A stretch of DNA of 64,000 nt from Candidatus Latescibacterota bacterium (GTDB lineage Bacteria > Latescibacterota > UBA2968), in contig OZ242311.1 of NCBI GenBank assembly GCA_965207885.1, forward strand, positions 864,001 through 928,000, written 5' to 3'. The translations under genes were made by a program, and so were the position numbers. The notes beneath the pieces are model-generated. The model saw only the letters and a list, made by a program, of their open reading frames with translations, was not told where the DNA came from and did no database searches. Numbering within the stretch: position 1 is the first letter of the stretch; each line of letters begins with the position of its first letter. Shown here piece after piece: positions 1 to 9,500 of the stretch.

Positions 1-1052
1 AGGGCTTCGGGGTCGGCTTTTGCGGAGCCGACGATTAACAATTCGAGGCGGCTGCCCACGCGCTGCGAGAGTTTTTCTTTGATTTGTCCGACAATTTTTT
101 TGCCCAGTGTGGCGTTGACGAGGCGGTCGATGATCGATGCTTCACCGCGTGTAATGCGCTGTTTGGCGCGCAGTGACCGGGCGATTAATGTGCCTTTTGC
201 ACCGCCAGCATCAATTTCTTTTCGCACGTTGCCAAATACTTTGTCTAAGATCAGGGGGACGGTTAAAAAACCTTCGGGTTCAGAATATCGAATATCCACG
301 AGTACGCGATCCGGCGACCGCGCCAGGTCCAGTGTCCAGCCTTTTGCCAGGGGGTAATAGATATTTAATATGCCCATGGTGTGATAGTCGGGCGCGGATT
401 TGAATAAGATGACCGGGTCGCGGTTGCTGATCGTATCCCATACGGATAGGATATTGCCGACGAGATTGCGATGGGTTTGTATCACGCCTTTGGGCAATCC
501 CGATGATCCCGATGTGTACACGATTTTCGATTCGTCATCGGGTTCTATTGCTACGTCTGGCGGCGGTGATTCCGCGCCTTGTTGCGTTAGTTCAAAAAAT
601 GAGCGTGCGTTATCGCCCTGTCCTTCTGTCAGGACGATCTGAGGCGGATTGATCAGTTGCTCGTGCACGCGCTCGACCTGTTCCAAACTTCTTTCATCTG
701 TGAACAAATAGGCAATGCCCGAATGGTTGATGCTGTGTACGAGCAAGTCATCGGGCAATTTGTTGCAGATCGGCACTGCGGATAGTCCCAGTATGTCGCA
801 GGATAGAAAGACCAGGACAGATTCCAGACCGCCATCGGTCAATAGTCCGATGCGCTGCCCTTTTTCCAATCCTATTTGCGCCAGGCCCGATGCCAATCGG
901 TCTCGCTGTGCCTTCAATTGCCGATATGTCAACGGCACGTATTGCAATCGCCTTTCGCCGGGTTCCTCTGGCTGGCGCAATACGCGGACTGCCGTGCGAT
1001 CCGCATGTCGGTCAAAACTGTCATTCAGTAAATCCTTGAGTGTTTCGCTCAT
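1..1052 (-). CDS. AMP-binding enzyme / long-chain acyl-CoA synthetase (3' end runs off the window)
   Basis: Hand translation from ATG 1052: MSETLKDLLNDSFDRH...KIVYTSGSSGLPKGVIQTHRNL (AMP-binding P-loop signature). GGGAGG RBS upstream. Absent from the ORF track because it has no stop in the window. Confidence 0.88.
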   Translation of the reverse strand, partial: MSETLKDLLNDSFDRHADRTAVRVLRQPEEPGERRLQYVPLTYRQLKAQRDRLASGLAQIGLEKGQRIGLLTDGGLESVLVFLSCDILGLSAVPICNKLPDDLLVHSINHSGIAYLFTDERSLEQVERVHEQLINPPQIVLTEGQGDNARSFFELTQQGAESPPPDVAIEPDDESKIVYTSGSSGLPKGVIQTHRNLVGNILSVWDTISNRDPVILFKSAPDYHTMGILNIYYPLAKGWTLDLARSPDRVLVDIRYSEPEGFLTVPLILDKVFGNVRKEIDAGGAKGTLIARSLRAKQRITRGEASIIDRLVNATLGKKIVGQIKEKLSQRVGSRLELLIVGSAKADPEA

Positions 1053-1092
1053 GGTTGGTCCTCCCATTGGCCGAAAATTTTTGGCTCGATAA

Positions 1093-1326
1093 TCAAATTG
1101 GTGTTGTCAAATAGAGATCCTTCAGGGCCTTTGCTTCGTGATCCAGAACAGCTTTCACCTGCCACTCTTCGACGCCGTGGAACCAATCGAGAAACTGCTC
1201 GACAGAAGCGCCCTCTCGAAGATTCTCGAACAGGGCATATACAGGGACGCGCGTTCCACGAAATACCCAGGCTCCGCTCACTTTGGCCGGATGTCGTTCG
1301 ACAGCTGTGCATTTATCCCAGTTCAT
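1093..1326 (-). CDS. DUF433 family protein (putative antitoxin)
   Basis: MNWDKCTAVERHPAKVSGAWVFRGTRVPVYALFENLREGASVEQFLDWF matches the DUF433 pattern (G-x-x-x-F-x-G-T-R-V-P-V). ATGA overlap with the higA stop. Confidence 0.85.
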   Translation of the reverse strand: MNWDKCTAVERHPAKVSGAWVFRGTRVPVYALFENLREGASVEQFLDWFHGVEEWQVKAVLDHEAKALKDLYLTTPI

Positions 1327-1721
1327 TTTTGGTAAACTTTCTCTGATGGCTTGCGAGATGCGCTTGCGTCTGGCTGTTGCAAGAGCGCTTCGGCGGGAAT
1401 GCCAAGGCCATTGATGAGTTTGTGGATCATAGCTACACTCAAAGGACACTTGCCCGATAGTACGTCGGAGACCTTACTTTCATTTCCAATGTAGGGGACG
1501 AGAACCTTTTGCTTTAGCCCCTGCTGCGCCATCCGAAACTTGATGGCCGTAATTGGGTCGGGCAGGTCAATTGGGTAGGCTGTATCTTCGTAATGCTCGA
1601 TCAAAGTAACGAGTGATTCCAACTCTTCACCCTCTGATGTTCCCGGTTTTGCATCAAAAATCTCGTCTGCACGCGCGAGGGCAGCTTTGTAATCTGCTTC
1701 TGTTTTTATTGGCTTGTGCAT
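1323..1721 (-). CDS. higA: HigA-family antitoxin (HTH)
   Basis: KPIKTEADYKAAL...LVTLIEHYE...PDPITAIKFRMAQQGL...SKVSDVLSGKCPLSVAMIHKL is a classic HigA. TGATG coupling to the upstream higB. Confidence 0.9.
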   Translation of the reverse strand: MHKPIKTEADYKAALARADEIFDAKPGTSEGEELESLVTLIEHYEDTAYPIDLPDPITAIKFRMAQQGLKQKVLVPYIGNESKVSDVLSGKCPLSVAMIHKLINGLGIPAEALLQQPDASASRKPSEKVYQK

Positions 1722-2016
1722 CACACTGTCTCCGCATTGATCTTGTCGTATTCTCGATGTGTTCCCAGAAAACGAATGTAGATCGTTCGATATGTGTAAT
1801 TAATCCTTACTACCAAACGATACCTGTTGCCGCATATATTGAACACGACCCTACCTCCCCTTAGAATACTGGCATTTCCGTATTTGGCTTTGACATCAAC
1901 GGGTGAGGCCCAATCAGCCGCTTTTACCTCTGTATGCCAGGCTTCGAGTTCTGATTTGGCCTCAGGGACGTGGGTCCAGTAGTCTCTCTCAGAGCTTTTT
2001 TACTGATGATTCTCAC
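1721..2016 (-). pseudogene. higB: HigB-family toxin, frameshifted by a 2-bp GA insertion
   Basis: GTG 2016 gives MRIISKKALR. The rest continues in another frame as DYWTHVPEAKSELEAWH...YGNASIL...VVFNICGNRYRLVVRINY...IRFLGTHREYDKINAETV*. Span is 296 nt, i.e. 98 codons plus 2. Confidence 0.85.
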
Positions 2017-2048
2017 GTAATTTGTACTTCCCTCCAGGCATTCGCTCT

Positions 2049-2642
2049 CTATTTCCCAGGATCAATATATCCTTCATCAACCATTTCATCAACCAATTCT
2101 TGTACGCGGTTCCATAGAATGGGTGCGCCGATTGAGATGTGGCCGTTGCTTTGTAAGACGCGGTCGGCGGTGATCCCGTGTTCTTTCCAGGCGCGTCCCT
2201 GAGTATTGCAATTGTGCAGAAAGGGTTGGAAGCGGTCCAGCGCGCCCGCGAATTTTGCTTCGGGCGTTTCTTTTGCTTCAAATTCTTCCCACAATGCGCG
2301 TATCTCTGCGCCCTGTTCTGCAGGCAAGAGCGCAAAGATGCGATCGGCGGCTTTTGCCTCGCGCTCGGCTTTGTCGGCGTTGCCCGATTCGTCGTAGAGA
2401 AAGGTGTCGCCCGCGTCGATTTCCACGAGGTCGTGTACCAGTGCCATTTTGATTACTTTCAGGATATTCACTGGTTCGGGCGCGTATTCCGCGAGGATGA
2501 GTGCAAACATGGCAAAATGCCACGAGTGTTCGGCGTCGTTTTCTTTGCGCGTTTCGTCGAGCAAATAGGTTTGCCGAATGATTTGCTTGAGTTTATCGAT
2601 TTCGAGGAGAAATTCAATTTGTTGTTGTAATCGGTCGGTCAT
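2049..2642 (-). CDS. HD-domain hydrolase (HDDC2/YfbR-like 5'-deoxynucleotidase family)
   Basis: ENDAEHSWH...ALVHDLVEIDAGDT...LWEEFE...AKFAGALDR motifs. Confidence 0.88.
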   Translation of the reverse strand: MTDRLQQQIEFLLEIDKLKQIIRQTYLLDETRKENDAEHSWHFAMFALILAEYAPEPVNILKVIKMALVHDLVEIDAGDTFLYDESGNADKAEREAKAADRIFALLPAEQGAEIRALWEEFEAKETPEAKFAGALDRFQPFLHNCNTQGRAWKEHGITADRVLQSNGHISIGAPILWNRVQELVDEMVDEGYIDPGK

Positions 2643-2666
2643 GATAAAAGCTTTCAGCGATCAGCG

Positions 2667-2728
2667 GTAGGGGACGGCCCCTGTGCCGTCCCAGCCGTTA
2701 GCGGGCGACCACAAGGGATCGCCCCTAC
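2667..2728. repeat. Inverted pair of GTAG-tagged REP-like palindromes
   Basis: GTAG-GGGACGGC-ccctgt-GCCGTCCC (2667-2692) and an inverted copy GGGCGA-ccacaaggga-TCGCCC-CTAC (2703-2728). Confidence 0.8.
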
Positions 2729-3723
2729 AATAATTCACCTAAAATTCGCATTATTCCAGTTAGTTTTTCGCCGGGTTGGAGACGTATCAGGCCCGCGTCG
2801 ATGCCCTGGTTTTGCAGGTTGAAGGCGTTGGTGACGCAGGTGTAGGGTTCAAAGCAGATAATGGGACGGGTGTCGGGGGCGTAGAGTACGAGTTCTCGAA
2901 ATGCGTCATTGGCTTCCATTGCGATGGTTACGCCTTCGGTTGGGTCGATATACTCACATCTGCTCCATCCATCGGCTATAGATACGCCGGACCAGACGTT
3001 GTCGTAATACCGATCTTTTAAGGGCGTGTTTTCGCGTACGTCAAATACCGTGCCGTCAACGGGTAGTATTTCTCCTGTGGGTATCGGGTCGTCGCGCAAG
3101 GGCCAGTAGGTCGATGCGGGCATGCGTACGGTACACAGGTCCCGGTTGCCGTTTTCTGTAAGGGGTAGGGGGAAATAGGGGTGGATGCCGAGGCCGACGG
3201 GCATGTCGCTATCGCCCATATTGGTTCCTTCAAATTCGAGGTGTAGTATTCCGTCTTTCAGTCGATATGTTACCCGCGCTTCAAAGGGGAAGGGATAGTG
3301 TGCGCCGATTTCTGGGAAGTCAGTCGATGTGAAGACGCTGGTTACCCACGCACTTGCTGAGGTGCCGGTTTCGACTACGCGCCAGGGGCGTTCGTGGACG
3401 TAGCCGTGAGAGGCGTGTTCGCCCGGGGCAGGGGTTTCGAGCTGGTATTCTGCGCCGTCAAATGTGAATTTGCCGCTGTCTATGCGGTTGGGCCAGGGGT
3501 ATAATATGGGGGTGCCGTATCCGCTGGCACGGCCTTTGAGGGTGTCGGGATCGGGTGGGGAGTAAAGGAGTTCTAACAGGCCATCATCTTTTGGGATTTT
3601 GTACGAGATGCAATTGTTGCCCACCGATGGTAGGACCCGGGCTTCACAATTGGTTTCGAAATCGCGCAGTACGTAGAGCGTGTGTCCGTGAAAGTCCTCT
3701 TGTTGTACGCCATATTGTGCCAT
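2725..3723 (-). CDS. Aldose 1-epimerase family protein
   Basis: PILYPWPNRI, ASHGYVH, GLGIHPYF and ICFEPYT motifs. Start at MAQYG with an AAAGGGG RBS. Confidence 0.9.
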   Translation of the reverse strand: MAQYGVQQEDFHGHTLYVLRDFETNCEARVLPSVGNNCISYKIPKDDGLLELLYSPPDPDTLKGRASGYGTPILYPWPNRIDSGKFTFDGAEYQLETPAPGEHASHGYVHERPWRVVETGTSASAWVTSVFTSTDFPEIGAHYPFPFEARVTYRLKDGILHLEFEGTNMGDSDMPVGLGIHPYFPLPLTENGNRDLCTVRMPASTYWPLRDDPIPTGEILPVDGTVFDVRENTPLKDRYYDNVWSGVSIADGWSRCEYIDPTEGVTIAMEANDAFRELVLYAPDTRPIICFEPYTCVTNAFNLQNQGIDAGLIRLQPGEKLTGIMRILGELL

Positions 3724-3733
3724 TGTTCCCCCT

Positions 3734-4513
3734 TTACTGCGGCAAGGGCCAGGCTTCGCCGGCCATGAAGCCACCATCTACGTAGATGGATTGTCCGGTG
3801 ACGTAATCCGATGCGGGCGCGGCGAGGAATACGGCGGTGCCGACGAGGTCTTCGGGTGTTGCCAATCGCTTTATGGGCAGACGGGATTCGGCCCATTCGC
3901 GCATTGTATCATCTTCCCAGAGTCGCTCGGTCAATGGCGTGACCACAAAGCCCGGGCATATTGTGTTTACCTGGATGTTGTGCTTGCCGAGTTCTAATGT
4001 CTGGGCTTTGGCGAGTTGCCCGACTGCGCCTTTGGTGGCGGTATAGACAGAAATTTGCGATAAGGACCAGTCGGTTGTCAATGAGCCGATGTGGATGATT
4101 TTGCCCCGTTTGCGCGAGATCATGTGTTTGACTGCGGTCTGTGTTAAGAAGTAGAGGCCCTTCAAGTTGACGGCCATGATTTCGTCGTAGTGTTCTTCTG
4201 TTACGTCTTCAAATGGTTCGCGTATGTTCATTCCCGCGTTGTTGACGAGGATGTCGATTTGTCCATACGTTTCAAGTGCTGTATCGACGCCGCCGCGCAC
4301 GGAGTTCAGGTCTTTCATGTCCATTTCATAAGCGATGGCGTCGCCTCCCGCTTGTCGAATTGCGGCTACGACTTCGTCTAATTGAGATCGGGTGCGCGCA
4401 GCACATACAATTTTCGCGCCCTGTGTAGCCAAACCTTCTGCTATGCCGCGTCCAATACCGCGCCCCGCTCCAGTTACTATGGCGACGCGACCTTCGAGTG
4501 AAAACAATGACAT
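3734..4513 (-). CDS. SDR oxidoreductase (gluconate 5-dehydrogenase-like)
   Basis: TGAGRGIG, NNAG, YTATK catalytic motif, VDGG C-terminus. Confidence 0.9.
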   Translation of the reverse strand: MSLFSLEGRVAIVTGAGRGIGRGIAEGLATQGAKIVCAARTRSQLDEVVAAIRQAGGDAIAYEMDMKDLNSVRGGVDTALETYGQIDILVNNAGMNIREPFEDVTEEHYDEIMAVNLKGLYFLTQTAVKHMISRKRGKIIHIGSLTTDWSLSQISVYTATKGAVGQLAKAQTLELGKHNIQVNTICPGFVVTPLTERLWEDDTMREWAESRLPIKRLATPEDLVGTAVFLAAPASDYVTGQSIYVDGGFMAGEAWPLPQ

Positions 4514-4593
4514 TAATGCCTCCTGAGAATGCTAATTAGAAATTGAAAATTAAGAATACTAATAAGGTAACCACCAAAACAGGTCAAGTCCAC

Positions 4594-4622
4594 TTGCAAA
4601 AATATGCTAAATTTAGCATATT
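4594..4622 (+). promoter_or_regulatory. TA promoter with a perfect 22-bp palindromic operator
   Basis: TTGCAA-17 nt-CATATT. The palindrome AATATGCTAAA|TTTAGCATATT (4601-4622) covers the spacer and -10. ATG 4630 is 7 nt downstream with no RBS, suggesting a leaderless mRNA. Confidence 0.7.
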
Positions 4623-4629
4623 ATCTATT

Positions 4630-4989
4630 ATGGATACAAAACTCCAAAGATCCATTATCTGGATCGGTTCATCGCTAAGAGACCTGCGGAAACTTCCAGG
4701 TGCAGTGAGACGAGAAATTGGACACGCGCTTCACATGGAGGAAGTTGGAGAAAGATCTCATAAAGCAAAGACGTTAAAGGGCTTTTCTGGCGTCATTGAA
4801 ATTGTCAGCGATTATGCAACAAACACTTATCGAGCAGTTTATGCAATAAAAATTGACGACAACATCTATGTTTTGCATGTCTTTCAAAAAAAATCAAAAC
4901 GCGGTATTGCAACAACAAAACGCGATCTGGATACAATAAAAAGACGTTTGAAAATGGCAGAACAAATTGCAAAGGAAAATAAAACATGA
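4630..4989 (+). CDS. RelE/ParE-superfamily toxin (Gp49/DUF891-like)
   Basis: IIWIGSSLRDL...TYRAVYAIK...IYVLHVFQKKSKRGIAT...TIKRRLK. Confidence 0.88.
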   Translation: MDTKLQRSIIWIGSSLRDLRKLPGAVRREIGHALHMEEVGERSHKAKTLKGFSGVIEIVSDYATNTYRAVYAIKIDDNIYVLHVFQKKSKRGIATTKRDLDTIKRRLKMAEQIAKENKT

Positions 4990-5336
4990 GCGAAAAAGCA
5001 GACTACACAGTCGGGTCGGGCAACGTATTCAAGGACCTGGGATTTGACCGTCCAGAAGAAGAATTGGCAAAATCAGATTTAGCAATTCAAATTAATAAAA
5101 TCATTGAACAAAAAGGTTGGACGCAAAAAAAAGCCGCAGGTGTTCTCGGCATTGACCAACCCAAAGTCTCTGCACTTAAGAATGGACGATTGGCCGGATT
5201 TTCTATCGAGCGTCTGTTGTCTTTCTTGCGGGCATTAGACCGGGACATCGATATTGTCGTTCGGCCAAAAATTGGGCATAGCGCACATATTCAGGTCGCA
5301 GAAGCCGTCAATCGTCCCAAGTATATCACACGATAG
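4986..5336 (+). CDS. XRE/HTH_37-type antitoxin
   Basis: GSGNVFKDLG...WTQKKAAGVLGIDQPKVSAL...FSIERLL. ATGA overlap with the toxin. Confidence 0.88.
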   Translation: MSEKADYTVGSGNVFKDLGFDRPEEELAKSDLAIQINKIIEQKGWTQKKAAGVLGIDQPKVSALKNGRLAGFSIERLLSFLRALDRDIDIVVRPKIGHSAHIQVAEAVNRPKYITR

Positions 5337-5356
5337 AGTAAGACAGGATAACCGAT

Positions 5357-6541
5357 TCATTTTCTTTCAAACTGCCGCCGCAGTATTTCCCACAATGGGT
5401 TCGGTCCTCTCGGTTTGAGAGGTTCGGGGTCTTTGCCCTGTTCGATGGCCTGCCAGTAACGCCATCCCATTTTTTGTCCTGGCGCGATTTCATAATCGAG
5501 TCCCGTCCATGTGCCAGTACCTCGATATGCGTAAAAAGCCCAGTGCCAATTGCGCTGGTTATAGATTTCGATGAGGTCGGCCATATATGCTGCCGCGCCT
5601 TCAAGGCGACGGTCATACCAGAATTCCGAGGCGATGATTCGGTGTGCGGGTATGTTGTATTGTTCGGAAAATTTTTGAACTGCGTGCATTTGTTGCGCAA
5701 GGCGGTCAATGGTCCAGGATTCTGTTGGTCCGTTCCACGATTTGGGCACGCGGTCTGGATAGGCGTATCTGCCTTGATTGACGCGATAGGTTACCATTTG
5801 CCAGGGTCCGGGGTTGTGGAAGGCGTATAAGACCTTGTCATCGTCAACGGGGCGATTGTATTCGAATGCCCTGGGAGATGCATAGAACCAGCCGTCGAGG
5901 ATGATGGGGGTGTCTGTATCTACAGAGCGGATTGCTTTGACCATTTCTCGGTTGAATTGGTTGAGGTCGGCTGGCGTGTTCTGGATGCGTTTGAACCACT
6001 GGGCGAATTTTTCGTCTGGCGCGTCAAAGCCGAATGCCTTGTCCGGGTGTGGTTCGTTGAGGGGATTGTAAGCTACGATGGCGGGGTGTGTTTTCAGGCG
6101 TGCGGCGAGTTGGCGCCAGAATTCAAAGGCTTGTAGGTGATATTTTTTGTCTTTCCAGAGCCGCGCATCATCCTTGTCATTGTTTAGTTGTTTCCAGCGG
6201 GCGCCGGGTAGGCTGACCATTGTAAGGACGACTTTGATGCCGTTGCGTTCGGCTTCGTCGAGTGCTTCGATCAATAGGGATAGATCGGTTTCGTTGATTG
6301 CTTCGAAGTTGTCCGCATTGCCTATCAGGAAGTCCCTGCCTTCGGCGGGCCATGCGTCGGGTAAGATGCGCACATAGTCCAATCCCAATTCTCTTGCCGC
6401 AACGTACCATTCGGGACGGTGTTGGGCATTTTGTTGATTGGCGCCTTTGCGTTGTGTATTCCAAAAGGCGATTTTGGAGGGGTCGGCTATGGCACTGCTC
6501 GTAGAGAGGAATGCGACGGATAGCAATATGCGAAAAATCAT
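5357..6541 (-). CDS. Secreted glycoside hydrolase family 5 (cellulase family)
   Basis: Signal peptide, YNPLNEP acid/base, YAFH and ASEFW nucleophile, HWAFY. Confidence 0.85.
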   Translation of the reverse strand: MIFRILLSVAFLSTSSAIADPSKIAFWNTQRKGANQQNAQHRPEWYVAARELGLDYVRILPDAWPAEGRDFLIGNADNFEAINETDLSLLIEALDEAERNGIKVVLTMVSLPGARWKQLNNDKDDARLWKDKKYHLQAFEFWRQLAARLKTHPAIVAYNPLNEPHPDKAFGFDAPDEKFAQWFKRIQNTPADLNQFNREMVKAIRSVDTDTPIILDGWFYASPRAFEYNRPVDDDKVLYAFHNPGPWQMVTYRVNQGRYAYPDRVPKSWNGPTESWTIDRLAQQMHAVQKFSEQYNIPAHRIIASEFWYDRRLEGAAAYMADLIEIYNQRNWHWAFYAYRGTGTWTGLDYEIAPGQKMGWRYWQAIEQGKDPEPLKPRGPNPLWEILRRQFERK

Positions 6542-6544
6542 TTT

Positions 6545-9500
6545 TTACTCCTTCAGCGCATCTTTCAAAAATCGTCCGGTGTGCGAGGCTGTGACAGATA
6601 CCACATCTTCAGGCGTGCCGCAAGCGATTAAATCGCCGCCGTCTTCTCCGCCTTCTGGGCCCAGGTCGATGACCCAGTCGGCGGTTTTGATTACGTCCAG
6701 GTTGTGCTCGATTACGATTGCGGTGTTGCCCGCGTTGACGAGGCGATTGAGTACGTCGAGCAGTTTCTGGATGTCGGCGAAGTGCAGTCCCGTTGTCGGT
6801 TCGTCGAGGATATATACGGTTTTTCCGGTGCTCGGCCGCGCCAGTTCGCGCGCCAATTTCACGCGCTGGGCTTCGCCGCCTGAGAGTGTGGTCGATGCCT
6901 GTCCCATTTTGATATAGCCCAGGCCCACGTCAAATAGCGTTTGGAGAGAACGCTGGATGCCGGGTATGTGGGTAAAATGCGATAGGGCTTCGGCTACTGT
7001 CATCTCCAGCACATCGGCGATTGACGCACCCTTATAGGTTATGTCGATTACATCGCGGTTGTAGCGCTTTCCGCCACAGGTTTCACAGGTGACCCACACG
7101 TCGGGCAAGAAGTGCATTTCTATACGGCGCGCACCCAAACCCGCACAGGCGTCGCACCGCCCGCGCTTGTGATTGAAGCTGAAATGCCCGGTTTTAAATC
7201 CGCGTACCTGGGCGTCTGGCAAGCTGGCGTACAGGGTGCGTATTTTGTCGAATACTTTGACATAGGTCGCGGGATTGCTGCGCGGCGAATAGCCAATGGG
7301 TGTCTGGTCGATGTTGATCACTTTGTCGATGCGTTCCAATCCCAGGACATCGTCGTGTTCTCCCCAGGCTTTTTGTGCGCGGTTTACGCGGGCGGCGAGT
7401 GCGCCGAAGAGTACGTCGTTGACGAGCGAACTTTTGCCCGATCCCGATACGCCGGTCACGCAGGTCAAGGTGCCCAGCGGAAATGAGACATCGACGTTTT
7501 TTAAGTTGTTATGCCGTGCGCCTACCACGCAAAGCGATCCCCGTTCGGGGTTTCGCCGCTCATCGGGGACTTCGATCTGCAAGTCGCCTGCGAGATAATG
7601 CGCGGTTATTGAGCCGTTGTCGGTTTTTAATTTGCGCGGATTGCCCGCAGCTACGATGCGTCCGCCTTCAACACCTGCGCCGGGCCCAAAGTCCAGAATG
7701 TGATCTGCCCGATTCAGGGTTTCGCGGTCGTGTTCGACAATGAGGAGCGAGTTGCCCAGGTCGCGCAGTTGTGCCAGTGCAGCCAATAACTGGTGGTTGT
7801 CGCGCTGGTGCAGGCCAATTGTCGGTTCGTCGAGTACGTAGAGTACTCCGGTTAGACCGGATCCGATCTGGCTCGCCAGGCGGATGCGCTGTGCCTCGCC
7901 GCCCGATAGCGTGGGTGCTCGCCGTCCCAGGTTCAAATAGCCCAGGCCCACTTCGTCGAGAAACCGCAGGCGGCTCTGGATTTCGTGCAGTACTTCTGCG
8001 GCGGCTTCGCGCGCTTGTCCTTCCAAAATCATTGTGTCGAAATAGGTGCGTACTTCGCGGATGGGCATTGCCACCAGTTGGGGCATTGTTTTGCCGAATA
8101 GTTTTATTGCTGTACTTTCCGGCTTCAGGCGGGTTCCCTTGCAAGACGGACACGGCACGTCCTGGATAAAGTCACCCATTAGCCGACGGAATCGCGGTGC
8201 TTGCCGCACCAGGGTCTCGATTGTCGGAAACAGGCCCTTGAATTGGAATGAGAGATTTTTAGAGGTTTTTAGCCATTGTGTGCCCAAACCGTATAAGATG
8301 GCGTGTTGTCCTTCTGCTGATATCCGCGCAAAAGGGGTGTGCAGGTCAAAGCCCGCGGCTTTGCCGACCGCAGATAGCATGTCGCCTATTTGTGTGTGCG
8401 GTTCTACCTTTCCCCAGGCGAGTACTGCGCCTTCGGATAGTGATTTGTGAATGTCGGGAATCAGGGTGTGGATGCCCATGCCGCGCTGCGTTCCCAGTCC
8501 TTCGCACGATAAGCACCAGCCTTCAGAGCTGTTGAATGATAGATGCTGAGGGGTTATTGTTTCAAAACTGCGTCCGCAGGATGGGCAGGAGAGGTGCTGG
8601 CTAAATCGCGTTTCTTCGCTGTCATCGGGCGATGCGACGATCAAAGTGCCTTCTGAAATATCCAGCGCGATTTCGATGGAGTCCGCGATGCGTTTGCGGT
8701 TCTTTTTTTCTGCGATTACGCGATCTATCAGGATTTCGAGCCTATGCGTCTGTCTGTAATCGATCTCGGGCGGGTTTGACAGGTTGAAAACTGCGCCATT
8801 GAGTCTGCCGCGCAAATAGCCTTTGCGGCGAAAGCGGTTGATCAAGCTGGTATAATCCTCGCCCTTGCCGAGTTCTACGGGTGCGAGAAGGTAGAGGCGC
8901 CGTTTCATTTTCAGTACGCGCGTTACAATTTCACGAACAGACTGGCTGCCCGCCAATACATCGCAATCTGGACAATAGGTATCGCCCAATAATGCGTAGA
9001 GTGCCCGCAGATAGTCGTAAACCTCTGTTATTGTGCCTACGGTTGAGCGCGGGTTTTTGCTCGCGGCTTTTTGTTCAATGGCAATCGCGGGCGATAAGCC
9101 TACCACGCGATCGACCTTTGGTTTGGGCATCTGTCCCAGAAATTGCCGCGCATAAGCGGATAGGGATTCGACATATCGCCGCTGTCCTTCGGCGTAAATT
9201 GTGTCGAGTGTTAGGGAAGATTTTCCCGAACCGGATACGCCGGAGATCACGGTCATTTTTTCGCGGGGAATGGATACATCCACATTTTGCAAGTTGTTCT
9301 CTCTCGCCCCCACAACGTCAATGGTCCGCACCTGGCCATTGGCGATTCGTTTACCGTTTTTCTCAGGTGCAGGTGGTGTGCGCGATAGCACTTCGTCAAG
9401 CGCGCGTCCCGTGTGAGAGTTGGGAGATTGCGTCAGGTGTTCGGGTGTGCCTTCTGCTATAATTTGCCCCCCGTCTTCGCCGCCTTCAGGTCCCAGGTCG

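Noticed and set aside
79-1092. Short ORF-track calls in the first kilobase
   Set aside because: They are shadows of the minus-strand AMP-binding gene that runs off the window.
1990-2004. Programmed -1 frameshift at the A6 run in higB
   Set aside because: Codon phase gives T_AAA_AAA, a poor slippery site. The product KKSSERDYW fits HigB worse than KKALRDYW from a simple GA deletion.
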